Position numbers and translations under genes: made by a program. The notes under the pieces were generated by a model. The model did not search any database, was not told the DNA's origin, and saw nothing but the letters and a program-made list of their open reading frames with translations. This document shows, one piece after another, positions 1-13,585 of a DNA stretch of 64,000 bases. Source of the stretch: Octopus sinensis (Eukaryota); NCBI RefSeq assembly GCF_006345805.1, contig NC_043006.1:83266001-83330000 (forward strand), written 5' to 3'. Each line of letters begins with the position of its first letter. Within the stretch, counting starts at the first letter, position 1.

Positions 1-1163
1 TGTGCCGCTAAAGTTCTCTAGAAATACATTAGTGTATAAGTATAGTCTACATGTCCAGTGATCGCATTTATTTTTCCTTCTTATATTATAAACCTGAAAT
101 GCTGTGCTTCAATTCTGGAGAGAAAAAGTAAACCGAATGAAGAAATTTTATTTAGAAGTAAGAACTACGTTAAACTGACGCTTAAAGTAAATAAATTCCT
201 TCACATTATTCACAATTAAAATCTAATGCTCATTGTTCTTATTACAACTGGAGTTTTGTGTGGAACTGTTACAGAACAATTCCAGAACATTCTAATCTAT
301 TCGCAAACGTAAATAAAAGATGACGAATATGATGCGAAAAAGAAATAGCAACTATCGCATTTCATTTTGTTTTCATTTGTCTTGCTTCTGTTCTTTTACT
401 CTCTTCTTTTTATTTTCCTTTTTTATTTATCTACATATTTTCATCATCCGTCTATAGCCAGCAACAGCAGCCCTGCTATCGCGAACTGACTAAAACTACC
501 AATCTACTTTCTTCACTACATACCACCAACGCGAGAATTAATCAGCCCACCTGACGAACTATCTTTCGAAAAACTAGGATTGTTTGCTTTTTTTTGTTTT
601 GTTTCTTTGTTTATTTGTAAGTTTGTTTGCTCTTTTTTTAACGAGAAATTCATCAGAAAAGAGAACCGCGTCAAGAAGGAAAGGTCTTAGGAAGTGCTAA
701 AATAATTTATTGCATTTTAAAGAAAAGTGAAAAGAAAAAAAGACATTTCGTTTAATGCAATAATTATTAAAATAATTCAGCCCTAACGTGAAATACGAAA
801 AAAGAAGCTTGATTTAAAACGCTTGTTTGTATATAAGAAAAAACTATATTTGAAAATATATTGGGATATTTTTCTATCTTGGATATTTCGCATTGATAAA
901 GACAAAAAAAAGAAATAATATATTTCAGAACATCATCATCATCAACAACAGTAATGAGAATAACGCGCAAAAAAATTATGCTAAAAAAATACACAAAATT
1001 ACTTTTAAACAAACCATTTTTTTAATTTCTCTTTTTTTTTACCAATTATAATTCTACAAAAAACTTTAGCGTTATTCTCTTGTATATAATTTCCCAATGT
1101 ATTCCGGGTATGCACGGGTAAGAAATAATTTATTTACTTATTAGTTAACTATTAAGATTTTGC

Positions 1164-1345
1164 TGTAAATGATATCAGACGTTATAACAGAAAATGGCAG
1201 TATAAGACAAAAGAAAGCATATTCGCATTGGGAATTCGAACTCATGCATCAGTGTTCCATTAGTGCACATACAGCTACTTGTTTGGCTTTTCTGTCTCCA
1301 TTTTCCGTCTGTAATATCTGATATTATTATTATTATTTACTTAAT
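1164..1345. repeat. ~180-bp repeat unit, copy 1; imperfect terminal inverted repeats and a minus-strand Pol III B-box
   Basis: Aligns with 1787-1970. Its ends (gatatcagacgttataacagaaaatgg / ccattttccgtctgtaatatctgatat) are imperfect inverses. ggaattcgaactc at 1231-1243 reads GAGTTCGAATTCC on the minus strand. Confidence 0.7.
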
Positions 1346-1687
1346 ATGCACTTTGTGAACATTTTATAATTATCTGTCACATACTTAAATATTTTCGTTT
1401 CGTTTCCTTTTTAGTTTTCTTTCCCTATTTTATTTTATGTTGACTTTCGTTTCGTTTACTTTTTATTTTATTTCCTCTTATTCTATTTATGCTCAACTCC
1501 TTTTCTTTTTCTTTCACTATTTCGTGTATTTATTTATTTATTTATTCCGTTATTCTTTTCATTTGATTTCTTTAACTAGTTTTAAACAAAATAGATCGGA
1601 TAAACATTTTTTCTAGCTATTGATTTCTTTTTCCGTTTATGTTTAATATATATCTTCTTAAAATCTGAACGGACATATTGGAAATAT

Positions 1688-1738
<51 letters not shown>

Positions 1739-1786
1739 GCACAAACAAACACATATATATATATATGCATGTATGTATATTATTAA

Positions 1787-1993
1787 TGTAAATGATATTA
1801 GACATTATAAAAGAAAATGTCAGTATAAGACAAAAAATATATGTTTCCATATGGAATTCGAACTCATTGATCGATGTTCCATTAGTGCACATACAGTTAC
1901 TTGTTTGGCATTTCTGTCTTATTTTTCCGTCTATAACAGCTGATATTATAATTATTATTATTTACTTAATTTACTTAAACATTTTCGTTTCGT
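1787..1993. repeat. ~180-200-bp repeat unit, copy 2
   Basis: Diverged direct repeat of 1164-1345; shares cagtataagacaaaa, ggaattcgaactcat and gttccattagtgcacatacag. Confidence 0.75.
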
Positions 1994-2010
1994 ATGTATA
2001 CATAGAAATA

Positions 2011-2046
<36 letters not shown>

Positions 2047-2084
2047 TAGATAGATATATACATGTATATATATATACACGCGAG

Positions 2085-2155
<71 letters not shown>

Positions 2156-2167
2156 ACACACACACCC

Positions 2168-2204
<37 letters not shown>

Positions 2205-2211
2205 AATATAC

Positions 2212-2385
2212 CTAGTTCAAATTTATAGAATAACCAAGACGAAGACAGGTGTAGGAACAGCAAGCAAGTGTATTAGTTTGACGCTCGAGAAAATGAAAAA
2301 GTCTTTTATGTTTCGAGCCTATCCTCTTCGACAGAAAGCATTAAGAGGAACTAAATAGAGAGAGAATGAAAAACAAAGTGTTGAG
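2212..2385 (-). mobile_element. Solo Penelope terminal-repeat fragment (family P1) with hammerhead-like motif
   Basis: Reverse complement matches 54560-54741. Motif: CTTT CTGTCGA A GAG GATAGG CTC GAAAC ATA AAAG. Abuts (TA)n. Confidence 0.8.
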
Positions 2386-2536
2386 CTCAGTAGTCCAATA
2401 TATGCATGTATATATATACATATATATATAACAAAATAATTTGACAAAAAATGTGAATTTTTAATTATTTTCTGAGATTTTACAAAAACAACAAAAATAT
2501 TATTAAAAAATATACACATATATACATATATATATA

Positions 2537-2570
<34 letters not shown>

Positions 2571-2928
2571 TCTATGTATACATGTTTGCATGTATATATA
2601 TATATATATATATTGCATGCATATATACATACGTATAAATATATATATAAATATATACATATATATATACATGTATACATTGTCGTCAAGGGATCCCACA
2701 GTGACATTCGGTCCCAAAAATATACGTGTATGTGTATGTATATATATATATATATTATATATATATATATACATTATATACATGTCTATATATATATATA
2801 TATATATACATGTATAAATATACACATATATATGTATATACATAAATTATATATATGTATACATACATGCATATATACATATACATGTGTTTGTATATAT
2901 ACTATATATATATTCGAATACATATTTG

Positions 2929-2969
<41 letters not shown>

Positions 2970-3069
2970 TTAAATTCGTTGTTTAAATGCTTTCCTGATT
3001 ATCTTAAAGAAATCTTGGTGGTTCCCCTGTAGTTTGTAACACCATATCTTCAGAAATTAGCATGAACAC

Positions 3070-4565
3070 CGCTGCAACCCACCATCATCACCAGCACCAT
3101 CTCCATCACAACCATCACCACCACAACCATCACCACCACCACCACAACCACCACCACAACGATCACCACCGCCACTACCCGCATCATCTCCTCTAATTAC
3201 TATCATCATCTCGAGAATACAAGTGAACCTGTATGTGATCGCTCGAACTGCTAGAAATAGCAGGCAAATCTTCCTTAACTCGCACCCAACCATCTTAAGA
3301 AAGGGCACGTTGGATAATGCGGTTCTGGGTTATTTATATAACCATTTTCCCCACCAACAACAACAATATCAACAACAACAACACCGTCATAAACACAACA
3401 ATATAGCTACAATAACAATAACAAACGTCACTTGCACCAACACCACAACTACCACAACTATAACAACCACAGTAACAACAACACTGCAACCATAGCAACA
3501 ACCAACATACCATAAACAACACCACACCAGCACCAACACCACAACAACAACCATCACAACAACCACCACCACCACATCCACTACCACCATGACCATAACC
3601 ATCACTATCAACATCACAACCACCACCACAGCTACAACCATCACTACCACCACCATCCACCATTACAACCGCCACCATCACTACCACCACCATCACAACC
3701 AACACCATCACAACAAATACCATCACTACCACCACCACAACTACCACCATCACAACGACCACCATCACAACATCCACCATTACAACCACCACCACAACCA
3801 CCGCCATCACAACAACCACTATCACTACCAACACCATCACTGCCACCATCACAATCATCACCACAGCTACCACTACCACAACCACCACCGCCATCACAAC
3901 AACCACCGCCATCACAACAACCACCATTACAACCACCAACATCACTACCACCACCACAACCACCACCTCATCCACCATCGCTACCACCGACAACACAACC
4001 ACCGCCATAACTACCAGCACCACAAATTTAGCCACAACAAACAGCATCGTAGACACTACATGCACCACTACCACAGCAACACAACCACCTCAACCATCAT
4101 TACCATTGCTAAGCTACCAACGACTCTCACAACTACCACCACGGCTGCCACATCATAACTACGACCACATCTACAACTGTCACTTGTCACTATCGCCACA
4201 AACACCACTACCCACACCGCCAACACTACAACGATCACCATGTCACTACTGCAACTACAACCCTTACCATTAACACCACCATATTTATAACCACGACTAC
4301 AACAGATGTCACCACTATCAACAACACTACCGCCACCAAACTATCACTACTACTACTACTACTACCACCACCACCTCCATGATCGTAATCATACCATGGT
4401 CACCACCACTCCAGCTATAATCACCACAACCACCCCAACTACTATAACCACCACTATTATCAACACCACCATCACCCCGATCACCATCATGGTCACCGCC
4501 ACCATCACCACCACAATCACCTTCATCATCACCATCATCACCACAATCCCCAACACCACTACTAC
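3070..4565. repeat. Degenerate (CAC/CAA/CAT)n trinucleotide low-complexity tract
   Basis: Continuous acc/aac/atc triplets produce His-, Thr- or Val-rich ORFs in every frame. Confidence 0.9.
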
Positions 4566-4620
4566 CTTTTTCATAAGTCCAGGTTCGTTTCATAGAAAAG
4601 TAACGGGCGTCATAATAAAC

Positions 4621-4770
4621 GTGGAGGCTCATGGCTTAATGCTTCGGGTGTAGGACTCATGATCGTAAGACTGTGACTTCGATTCTTGGACCGGGCGACG
4701 CGTTCACTTCATTTCACGGGAGGAATATAAACGTCACAGAAACCAGGAAACTGATCTTATGAGTCTACAT
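4621..4770 (+). mobile_element. tRNA-derived SINE family C, internally deleted
   Basis: The head gtggaggctcatggcttaatg...ttcgattcttggaccgggcgacgcgtt matches the reverse complement of 23419-23678. Confidence 0.75.
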
Positions 4771-5437
4771 GTCTCTATCTTTATTATAACATACTAACAT
4801 AGTTAGTAACGATGAAATACAATGATGCACGTATTACACAGTGAAATGACGTTCCAGATTAGATATCATGTGATATTATATAATGAGTGTTATAATTTCA
4901 CCGGTTGAAAGCATTATAATCTAGAGACTAAATAATACTGAAAAGACTATGGAAGCCTATCAGCACAATAATAACTATATGATAATAATAATATATCATA
5001 ATAGTAATATATATATACTCCGATTTAAAGTGACATTTATATATAGACAATTGACTGAAAAATGATGAGCTAACCCAAGCCAGAATCGAACCTACAAATC
5101 AATGCACATATATACATACACATATGATGGTATTCGTTATCTTCATTACGTGAGACTGGTGAGTGGCTTATGAGACTAATGATTAATATATATATATATA
5201 CGCACACGTGTGTGCGTGCAAATATGTATGTATGTTTGTATAAATATGCATGTATATGCATATATATATATATATTTATTTTTATTTTTATACGTATATG
5301 TATATATGCACATGCATATGCATACATATATATATGCATGTATATACATGTGTGTACATATGTACATATATGTATGTATAGAAAAATATACATCGAGAGT
5401 GTTACAAATTAAACAATGCTTTAGGAGATAGATAGAC

Positions 5438-5528
<91 letters not shown>

Positions 5529-5921
5529 CAGACTGACGAACATTGACAGACTCTTCTTTTTGTTGCAAGTTATTTAAAGCGCCTAATGTTATCTTAATTC
5601 GATTAAAATTTGAACACTTAATTCTGTTACATCAAGCACGTAAGCTTTACTTTTCGCACTCCTCATACCTCACCTGCAAGCCTTACCACCAGCCCCCACC
5701 ATCAACCCCATCCTGCTAAGGCTTGATAAAATAATTACCACTACAAGTACTGGAGTGGAATCACTCGACTTACACATCCTTTACCAATGTGAGGAATGAT
5801 TTATTTTAGGGTGTTGAAAAATAGAAGCTGTTGTGCACCCGTAGGTGGGTGGTTACACACCTTATTCATCGCTGCAGCCGACTTTGCCGTCCATCCCTCT
5901 ATTTGTTGTCACCTTTTCTTT

Positions 5922-5984
<63 letters not shown>

Positions 5985-5988
<4 letters not shown>

Positions 5989-6412
5989 GTTTCTGTCATT
6001 AAATTGCAGACATACTGGGGTATCGCCATGAGGAATTTTTAGTCGAATGAATCGACCCCACATAATTATTGTTCATTTTAAACCAGGTACTTGTTCTTTT
6101 GGTTTCTTTAGCCGAACGCCGCTAAGTTACGGGGAAATAAACACACTAACACCGGTTGTCAAGCGGTGGTGTAGGACAAACACAGACACACAAACATATA
6201 TATATATATATAGAGAGAGGGGGTGGAAGAAAGAGAGTGGGAGAGAGAGAAAGGTGCAGGCGTGGTTGTGTGGTAAGAAGCTTGCTTCCCAACCACATGG
6301 TCCCGGGTTCAGTCCCACTGCGTGGCACCTTGGGCAAGTGTCTTCTACTATAGTCTGGAGCCGACCAAAGCTTTGTGAGTGTATTTGGTAGACGGAAACT
6401 GAAAGAAACCCG

Positions 6413-6415
<3 letters not shown>
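5985..6415. mobile_element. SINE family B pieces: 3' half on minus (5985-6200) and 5' half on plus (6252-6415)
   Basis: Matches the full copy at 34915-35332 (gtggtaagaagcttgcttcccaaccacatgg...accttgggcaagtgtcttc; ccgctaagttacgggg). Confidence 0.8.
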
Positions 6416-6480
<65 letters not shown>

Positions 6481-7094
6481 AATATATAATGATAGTAAGT
6501 ACCTGCTAAGTACTGGCTTCAACAATATCCACCATCACCACCACTACTAGAACTCTCACTACTCCGGAATTCAAAACCTTATGTCTAACAAAAATATAAT
6601 CATTAATGGTTACGTATATAATAAATAATATTTTAATTATTTGTTTATTCTTCGTTTCGTTTGTGCCTAATAACTGACTAGCTATAAAGACATCGCATGA
6701 GAGAAGTGCCAACAGTCTTAGCTAACCATGTGGAGAAGTTTGGTGGAATTCACATAAATCTTTTTTACATGTAAACTTAGATCAATTCCGCTTGGGTTGA
6801 TCCGAGAACCCAACTTTGTCGACCTTTGGGGTGATGGATTGCATCTTTAGCGTTCGTTTTAATTGAAATAACACACGAAAGCTTCGGAGTTACTAATATA
6901 ATTATTAGCTTAACACTATTCCTAACTAAGACTTTTCAAGTTTAAAATTCATAGACAATTCGTTGAGAATTGACAAATATGATTGATGGTTACAAGAGGA
7001 GGTTGGACTTTACAAAACTGCAGCGCTTTTGTGCAGGAAATGAGGTAAAAAAAGGAACCAGTTGTTTTTTTTTTTGGTGTAACAAGGATGATGA

Positions 7095-7188
<94 letters not shown>

Positions 7189-7214
7189 TCTGTTTTTCCA
7201 ATCTGTGTTGAGTT

Positions 7215-7590
7215 GCTCGACCAACAGAGGTCCTCGGAAGGATCCATGCTTGGAATATGATCATTACCGGGAGCATTACAAGGTAATTCGAGAACAGAGG
7301 GACGTGAAACGGTATCATAGCGGAATACCAAATGCACAAGTTCTGCTGGGCTAGACGTGCCACAAGGTTCCCAGACAACAAGTAGACCTTTGCAATTTAT
7401 CGAGCGGTAGTTAAGAGATCGGAAGAGACCACTTGAAAGACCTCCCAGACGATGGGGAAACGACATAGTCAAGCGGTTCGAGCCCAAATGGGAGAAAAGG
7501 GCGCGATCAAAGGAAGAATGGAAGCGCAATGTGATCAGCGATGTATAAAGGATATCAGATTCTCTGATCGCTAAAAGACCAACAAGAGAG
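7215..7590 (+). pseudogene. Decayed 3' end of an RTE-clade non-LTR retrotransposon ORF
   Basis: Translates, with stops and frameshifts, as QRSSEGSMLGI...IIAEYQMHKFCWARRATRFPDNK...RDRKRPLERPPRRWGNDIVKRFEPKWEKRARSKEEW. This follows the RTE C-terminal pattern W.GHVAR..DNRW...KR..GRP..RW.DD. Confidence 0.75.
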
Positions 7591-8118
7591 TAATGTATAA
7601 AAAGCTGAGTATTTCACAGTTACGTGTATCTTTAATGTAATTCACAGACTAATCCAGCATGACACAATGTTTCGAGGTCGAACACTTGATTTGAAAATGC
7701 AATCCATCCGATGAACTTCCGTACAGTTTCTGTGTCTCTAATTTCATTCACAATGTTGGGGTCAGTCCAAAGTAGTGGAAAAGATACCGAAAGTGCCGTG
7801 TAGAGGAAATGAACTGAATTCGACGCCTTATGATTGCCAAATGAATGTCTTAATCTCTCGGCAAAGCTTAAGAGAAAAAAAGCACCGGACTAAATACGTT
7901 AAACTGTCCAATTTTATGGCGCTTTCTTCCAACTTTACCTTACAACCCAACAGTAGATTAAATAGGTATTTGTAGAGAACCGGTATGCAATCGTTCGACT
8001 TGTTAGAAATAGCAGCCCAAATTTCCTCAAACCACACCATCAATTATTGCTTCTCTGCTCCTTATTTTAATATTGATAATTATTTCTGTTAATACACGCT
8101 TGTATGTGTGTATAAGTA

Positions 8119-8180
<62 letters not shown>

Positions 8181-8199
8181 GTGGTGTGTGTTGTTGTGT

Positions 8200-8339
8200 G
8201 TGTTTTCTGTGTCCCTTTCTGTAGAGGAGCGTAGGCTCGAAACGTAAAAGCCTTTTTCTATTCCTGAGCGTTATACTAATACATCTGTTTGTTTTGTACA
8301 CCACTGTTTTCGTCTTTTGTTTTTTCGTAAATTCTCCCT
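8200..8339 (+). mobile_element. Solo Penelope terminal-repeat fragment (family P1) with hammerhead-like motif
   Basis: Motif: CTTT CTGTAGA G GAG CGTAGG CTC GAAAC GTA AAAG. The remainder matches 54645-54741 and ends at (TA)n. Confidence 0.85.
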
Positions 8340-8345
8340 ATATAT

Positions 8346-8382
<37 letters not shown>

Positions 8383-8384
8383 GT

Positions 8385-8490
<106 letters not shown>

Positions 8491-9281
8491 GTGGGGGGTG
8501 CGCGCACAATGAGATAATAGGATGTTCGCAGGTGAACCATTTTTAATGATAAATGAACCAAATTAAGGTAAACCTACGGCTAAACAACATTAATTCTCGA
8601 CATTCCAATTCCACCAAATGAAATAACCTTTACTTAGTACTTCGATTTAAAAGAATTAGCAGCCAAATCTCCCTCAAAACACATCCTTCTAACGTTAAAA
8701 GGAGGAAGACTACATACGTTAACTCTAGATTCAATGTGATTGATTTAAAGATATGATCAGAACGTTTGTTCAGAGAGTTGTAAGGCTGTTAGGTTTGACC
8801 TGTGGCTAAACGACAACAGTAACAACAACAACAGCTTCTGCTACTACTACTACTACTACTACCACTACTACTACTGATACTAATACTAATACTACTATTA
8901 TAACTACTACAATATTAACAACAGCCTAACTCAGAAATTCCGACGTAAGTAAACATCATTATCGGTGTTATTTTGGTAAAAGAATTACTTAGACATTATA
9001 AATAAATCTATTTACAACTTCAGTGGAATTTTGTTAAACGGAAATTGTGTGGAGGCCCGTCGCGCATGCGCGCTTGTGTGTGTGTGTGTATGTGTGTGTG
9101 TGTGTGTTTGTGTATGTGTGTGTCAAAGTGCGTGTATGTGTCCTTCCTTCTGTGTGTCTATATGTTTGTAGCTTACTGTATGTAGCTTACTAGATATATA
9201 TTCATATAAATGAATATATATTTCTACATACACGCAAATATATATATACATATATATATAGACACACACACACACACACAC

Positions 9282-9313
<32 letters not shown>

Positions 9314-9345
9314 ACACACACATACACACACACACACACCACACA

Positions 9346-9403
<58 letters not shown>

Positions 9404-9862
9404 CACACCACACACACACACACACCACACACATATACACACACACCACACACACACACACCACACACACATACACACAGGCGCACGAGTGGCTATAGGC
9501 GCACGTGTGGCTGTGTGGTAAGTAGCGTGCTTACCAACCACATGGTGCCAGGTTCAGTCACACTGTGTGGGACCATGCTAACTTTCCGGACTCTGTGTCC
9601 ACACACCAAGGTATTTGAAATGTTCAACTACCTTGAGCGACTTATCTTTTACTGCTTCCGTGAACACCAAGAAGAAATGCATTTTTGTCGAATGAATCGA
9701 CCCCAGTACTTACTTTTTGTTAAACTTGCTACTTATTCTATCTATACCTTGGCCGAACCGCTAAGTAACAGGGATGTAAACACACTAACACCGGTTGTCA
9801 AGTGGTGGTGGTGGACAAACACAAATACAAATACAAAGGCACACACAAATATATATATAAAC

Positions 9863-10092
9863 AATAAGGAGAAAATGGAGAGTTAATTAATAAAATTATT
9901 TATTAATTATAAAATGACAACATCTCTGACAGCTGTTTCGATTCAAAAATCTTTATAATGATTTTAATCTTATAATGATTTTAATTTTATAAATAAATTA
10001 TCTAAAGATTTCTGGATCAAAACAGCTGTCAGAGATGTCATTTTATAATTAACATATAATGTTATTAATTACCTCACCGTTTTCTCCTTATT
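9863..10092. repeat. Imperfect inverted repeat (~90-bp arms), probably opposed Penelope-type termini
   Basis: aataaggagaaaa...catctctgacagctgtttcga is inverse to tcaaaacagctgtcagagatg...ttttctccttatt. Confidence 0.85.
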
Positions 10093-10194
10093 CCTTAAAT
10101 ATGTAATTATATGAACCACGGTTTATATGGTTACCTTATAGTTGAACTTTCTATAGATTGGTAACTAACCAGTATTTTCATAATAATAATAATG

Positions 10195-10264
<70 letters not shown>

Positions 10265-10320
10265 GTAACAACAAAAGAATGAGACCTCGATATTAGATAA
10301 ATAGAGGATTGTTTATATAT

Positions 10321-10455
10321 GTTATAATTTAGAACAAACAGTAAAAGATTGTCATTATAGTACTCGGAGTTTCGAATGTCGTACCTCTTCGCTCCCAGAT
10401 TCGAAACTCCAAGTAGTATAATGACAACCTTTTACTATTTGATCTAATTTATAAC
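10321..10455. repeat. Inverted repeat (~57-bp arms, ~21-bp spacer) between microsatellites
   Basis: gttataatttagaacaaacagtaaaagattgtcattatagtactcggagtttcgaat is inverse to attcgaaactccaagtagtataatgac...ctaatttataac. Confidence 0.85.
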
Positions 10456-10497
10456 ACACACACACACATGCACGCACACACACACATACATACCATA

Positions 10498-10575
<78 letters not shown>

Positions 10576-10588
10576 ATGTATGTATATG

Positions 10589-10669
<81 letters not shown>

Positions 10670-10705
10670 CCTCCAAACTTTCTAATAATATATATAAACC
10701 TATTG

Positions 10706-10867
10706 ACCGGCTCTTTTCAGTTTCTGTCAACTAAATCTAATAACATGTATTTGGTCAGCCCAAAGCTATAGTAGAAGATACTTGTGCAAGGTGCCACACA
10801 GTGAGGTGGAACTCAGAACCATGTGGTTGGGTAGCCAGCTTCTTGCCACACAGTCACGCCTGTGCCT
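10706..10867 (-). mobile_element. SINE family B, 5' half
   Basis: Reverse complement of the family B head (aaccatgtggttgg...ccacacagtcacgcctgtgcc). Confidence 0.8.
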
Positions 10868-10907
10868 TGTATATGTAAATATATATATATATATATTATA
10901 TATATAT

Positions 10908-10952
<45 letters not shown>

Positions 10953-12439
10953 CATACACACACACAGCAAGGCACTTAGTCCAGCGCTCTACTTTCTCTG
11001 TTAAAACTACTAACACTGATAACGATCAGTTCTCGTATGTAAAGAGATAAACCATATAACTAGTCTTCAGATAACGTTTGTGTATGTGTAAAATTCGTGA
11101 GATATATAAAGAGTTTGAATGCTTTCTTTGGTACATGACCAAAAGTCCTGGAATGTTTCCATGAGAATGAGAAGATAGTTAAATTATAGCAATAAGATGA
11201 AAAATAGTCGAAAAAAATAAGTAGGAAAAAAGAGATTGTTAGATATGCCAAACACATTTTCCTCAAATTAATGTTGGACACGGAATGTTATCTATATTAT
11301 TTTTCCATCCAAGACAACCTGAACTCTCCATCAACGTCTCTGATACTGGTCCTGTGTGCTTTTATGTCTTGAATGAATTAGCTTCTTCGTAACGTTTTAA
11401 TATAAGTCGACAAATGTGAAAGGAGAAACTTCTTCTTGTCGTGATACCTAATGATGATTTCCGTCCTCCCATGAGATTCATAAATGATGTGTGGGTGTAT
11501 AAGGGGGAGGACAGAGAATAGAAAAGAAAGGAATTATTTTCAAATGCCTGTCAATGAATTGCTATAAGCAGAAAGTCTTTGTGTGTGTGTATGTGTTTGC
11601 ATATGTGTGACCAGTCATGACTGAAAACTTTCACATACACCCACACGCACGCACACACACACACATCTACTAGCGCTCAGATTTCGAAGCGATGTTTGAC
11701 ATCTCAAGAACTAAAAGAAAGAATAAATTGATTTCGTGGTATTTAGCTTAAGATATATTTTTCCTGGAACTATATTCCCCAGAGAACAATATCGAGAATG
11801 CCTTTTTCACCAGCGGTCGGAAGCTTGTCCAATTGATACACCAGTAAAAATGAACCTGTTGTAGATATCTCAGAAATATAATAATAAAACAAAGCATACA
11901 TTCTTTTTTTCACACTCCTCTTATTGCTGAATCTAAACCTGTTATACTCGAAAACAAAATTATTTTAAAAAATAATATACTGCATTGGAACAGAAACAAG
12001 TATAACTCTCTTGTCAGTTGAGGGCGTAGAAATCTTTTATTAGTAACTTGTTTATATCCGATATACCTCTATACGTCTAGATGGAGTTGGAACGAAAATA
12101 AAACGGTAAAATGTAGTCGGAATTCATATTTCATTTATGTACCAAAAGCGAGTGCCAAAGATCCATTTGTCTGGGACGTTGAGAGAACTAACTGCAATAG
12201 GGTTTAGTATAAAAATTAATTTGGATTACCAATATTGGTACAATGCAGAGGTGAAGATGATAGTTAAAGGGAGGTTGATAGAAAGGGAGAGGGACATAAG
12301 GAGGGAGAGACAGAGAGAGAGAGAGAGAGAAAAGGGAACAGAGACTTAGAGAATGAAGTACGAAGGAAGAATGGAGAAAAAAGAATATATGTGTATATAT
12401 ATATATATATAATTATATATATATATATATATATATATA

Positions 12440-12568
12440 ATCAGCCGAAATTACTACGATGATCCGTTCTTGACTGAAGATGAGGGTTTCGAATGTCCTG
12501 TCCGTGTTATTGTATCGTCTTCTAAGAGTTATACGTTCTTGCCATGTTGTATTTTTCTACATACCTTA
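12440..12568 (+). mobile_element. ~125-bp TA-embedded element (family P2) containing CTGAAGA
   Basis: Homologous over its full length to the reverse complement of 60331-60451; both copies start tcagccgaaatt next to (TA)n. Confidence 0.7.
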
Positions 12569-12775
12569 ATATATATATATATATATACATATTCACGCAC
12601 ACACATACATACATGTATTCATAGTATATATATTTTTATACATCTGTATAATCTGTTTATATACACACACACACACATATATATAGTCACTTCAAATAAA
12701 CAAACAATTCAAACAAGTGAATAAAAATAGAAGTGAAGACGTGCATAGTATATGTATGTATGTATATATATATAC

Positions 12776-12855
<80 letters not shown>

Positions 12856-13585
12856 ATGTATATATATATATATATAGAGAGGAGAGAGAGAGAGAGACAG
12901 AGAGACAGAGAGACAGAGAGAGAGAGGGGAGTGGAAGAGGAAAGGACAGAGACAGACAGTTAGAAAGGAGGGAGGAGGGAGAAGGATTCGGAGGAGGAAA
13001 TGAAACGAGACGAAATTCAAAAGAGGGGATCATTTCTTCGTGCGTATTGGCGCATGCGCAAAGAACGAATGGGGTGTAGGATGTAGGGGAGATTGAAACC
13101 AGACACAAAATAAACATTTTGGGTTGTTAGGTGGTGGAAGACACAAACAAGGAACTGGAGACAAAAGAATGACATTCTTACCAATTCCGTCACAGTAAAA
13201 GATTTCAGACATAATTTATAACCCTGAAGACGTATTTGACAAATGTTCTTCAACCGTTTTATTGTGTTCAGGTTTACACTATGTATGTGTATGTGTGTGC
13301 GTGTGTTTGTGTGTGTATGTGTATGCGTGTGGGGGGGGGGCGACTGTGCGTGAACGGGTGTGCTCGTGTGTGTTGTAGTTTGTATGTTTGTATGTATATG
13401 TTTGTGTGTATTCATGTTTGTATACGTGTGCATATGTGCGTACGTGTGTATGTCTCTGTGTGAATGTGTATTTGATTGTTTATATGTAAGACAGACAACG
13501 AGGATATCGCGAGTGTAGTCCCGTGTAGGCTTACGAATGAGAGAGTGGGAGAGAGAGAGAGCTTTTACACGCATAAATATTTATC

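Noticed and set aside
2319-3032. YI/CV/HT/LS-repeat ORFs here and throughout the window
   Set aside because: Translations of (TA)n, (TG)n, (TC)n and (TATC)n microsatellites.
3589-4158. 189-aa His-rich ORF and overlapping Val-rich antisense ORFs
   Set aside because: By-product of CAC/CAA/CAT repeats that lack stop codons; no signal peptide, domain or splice support.
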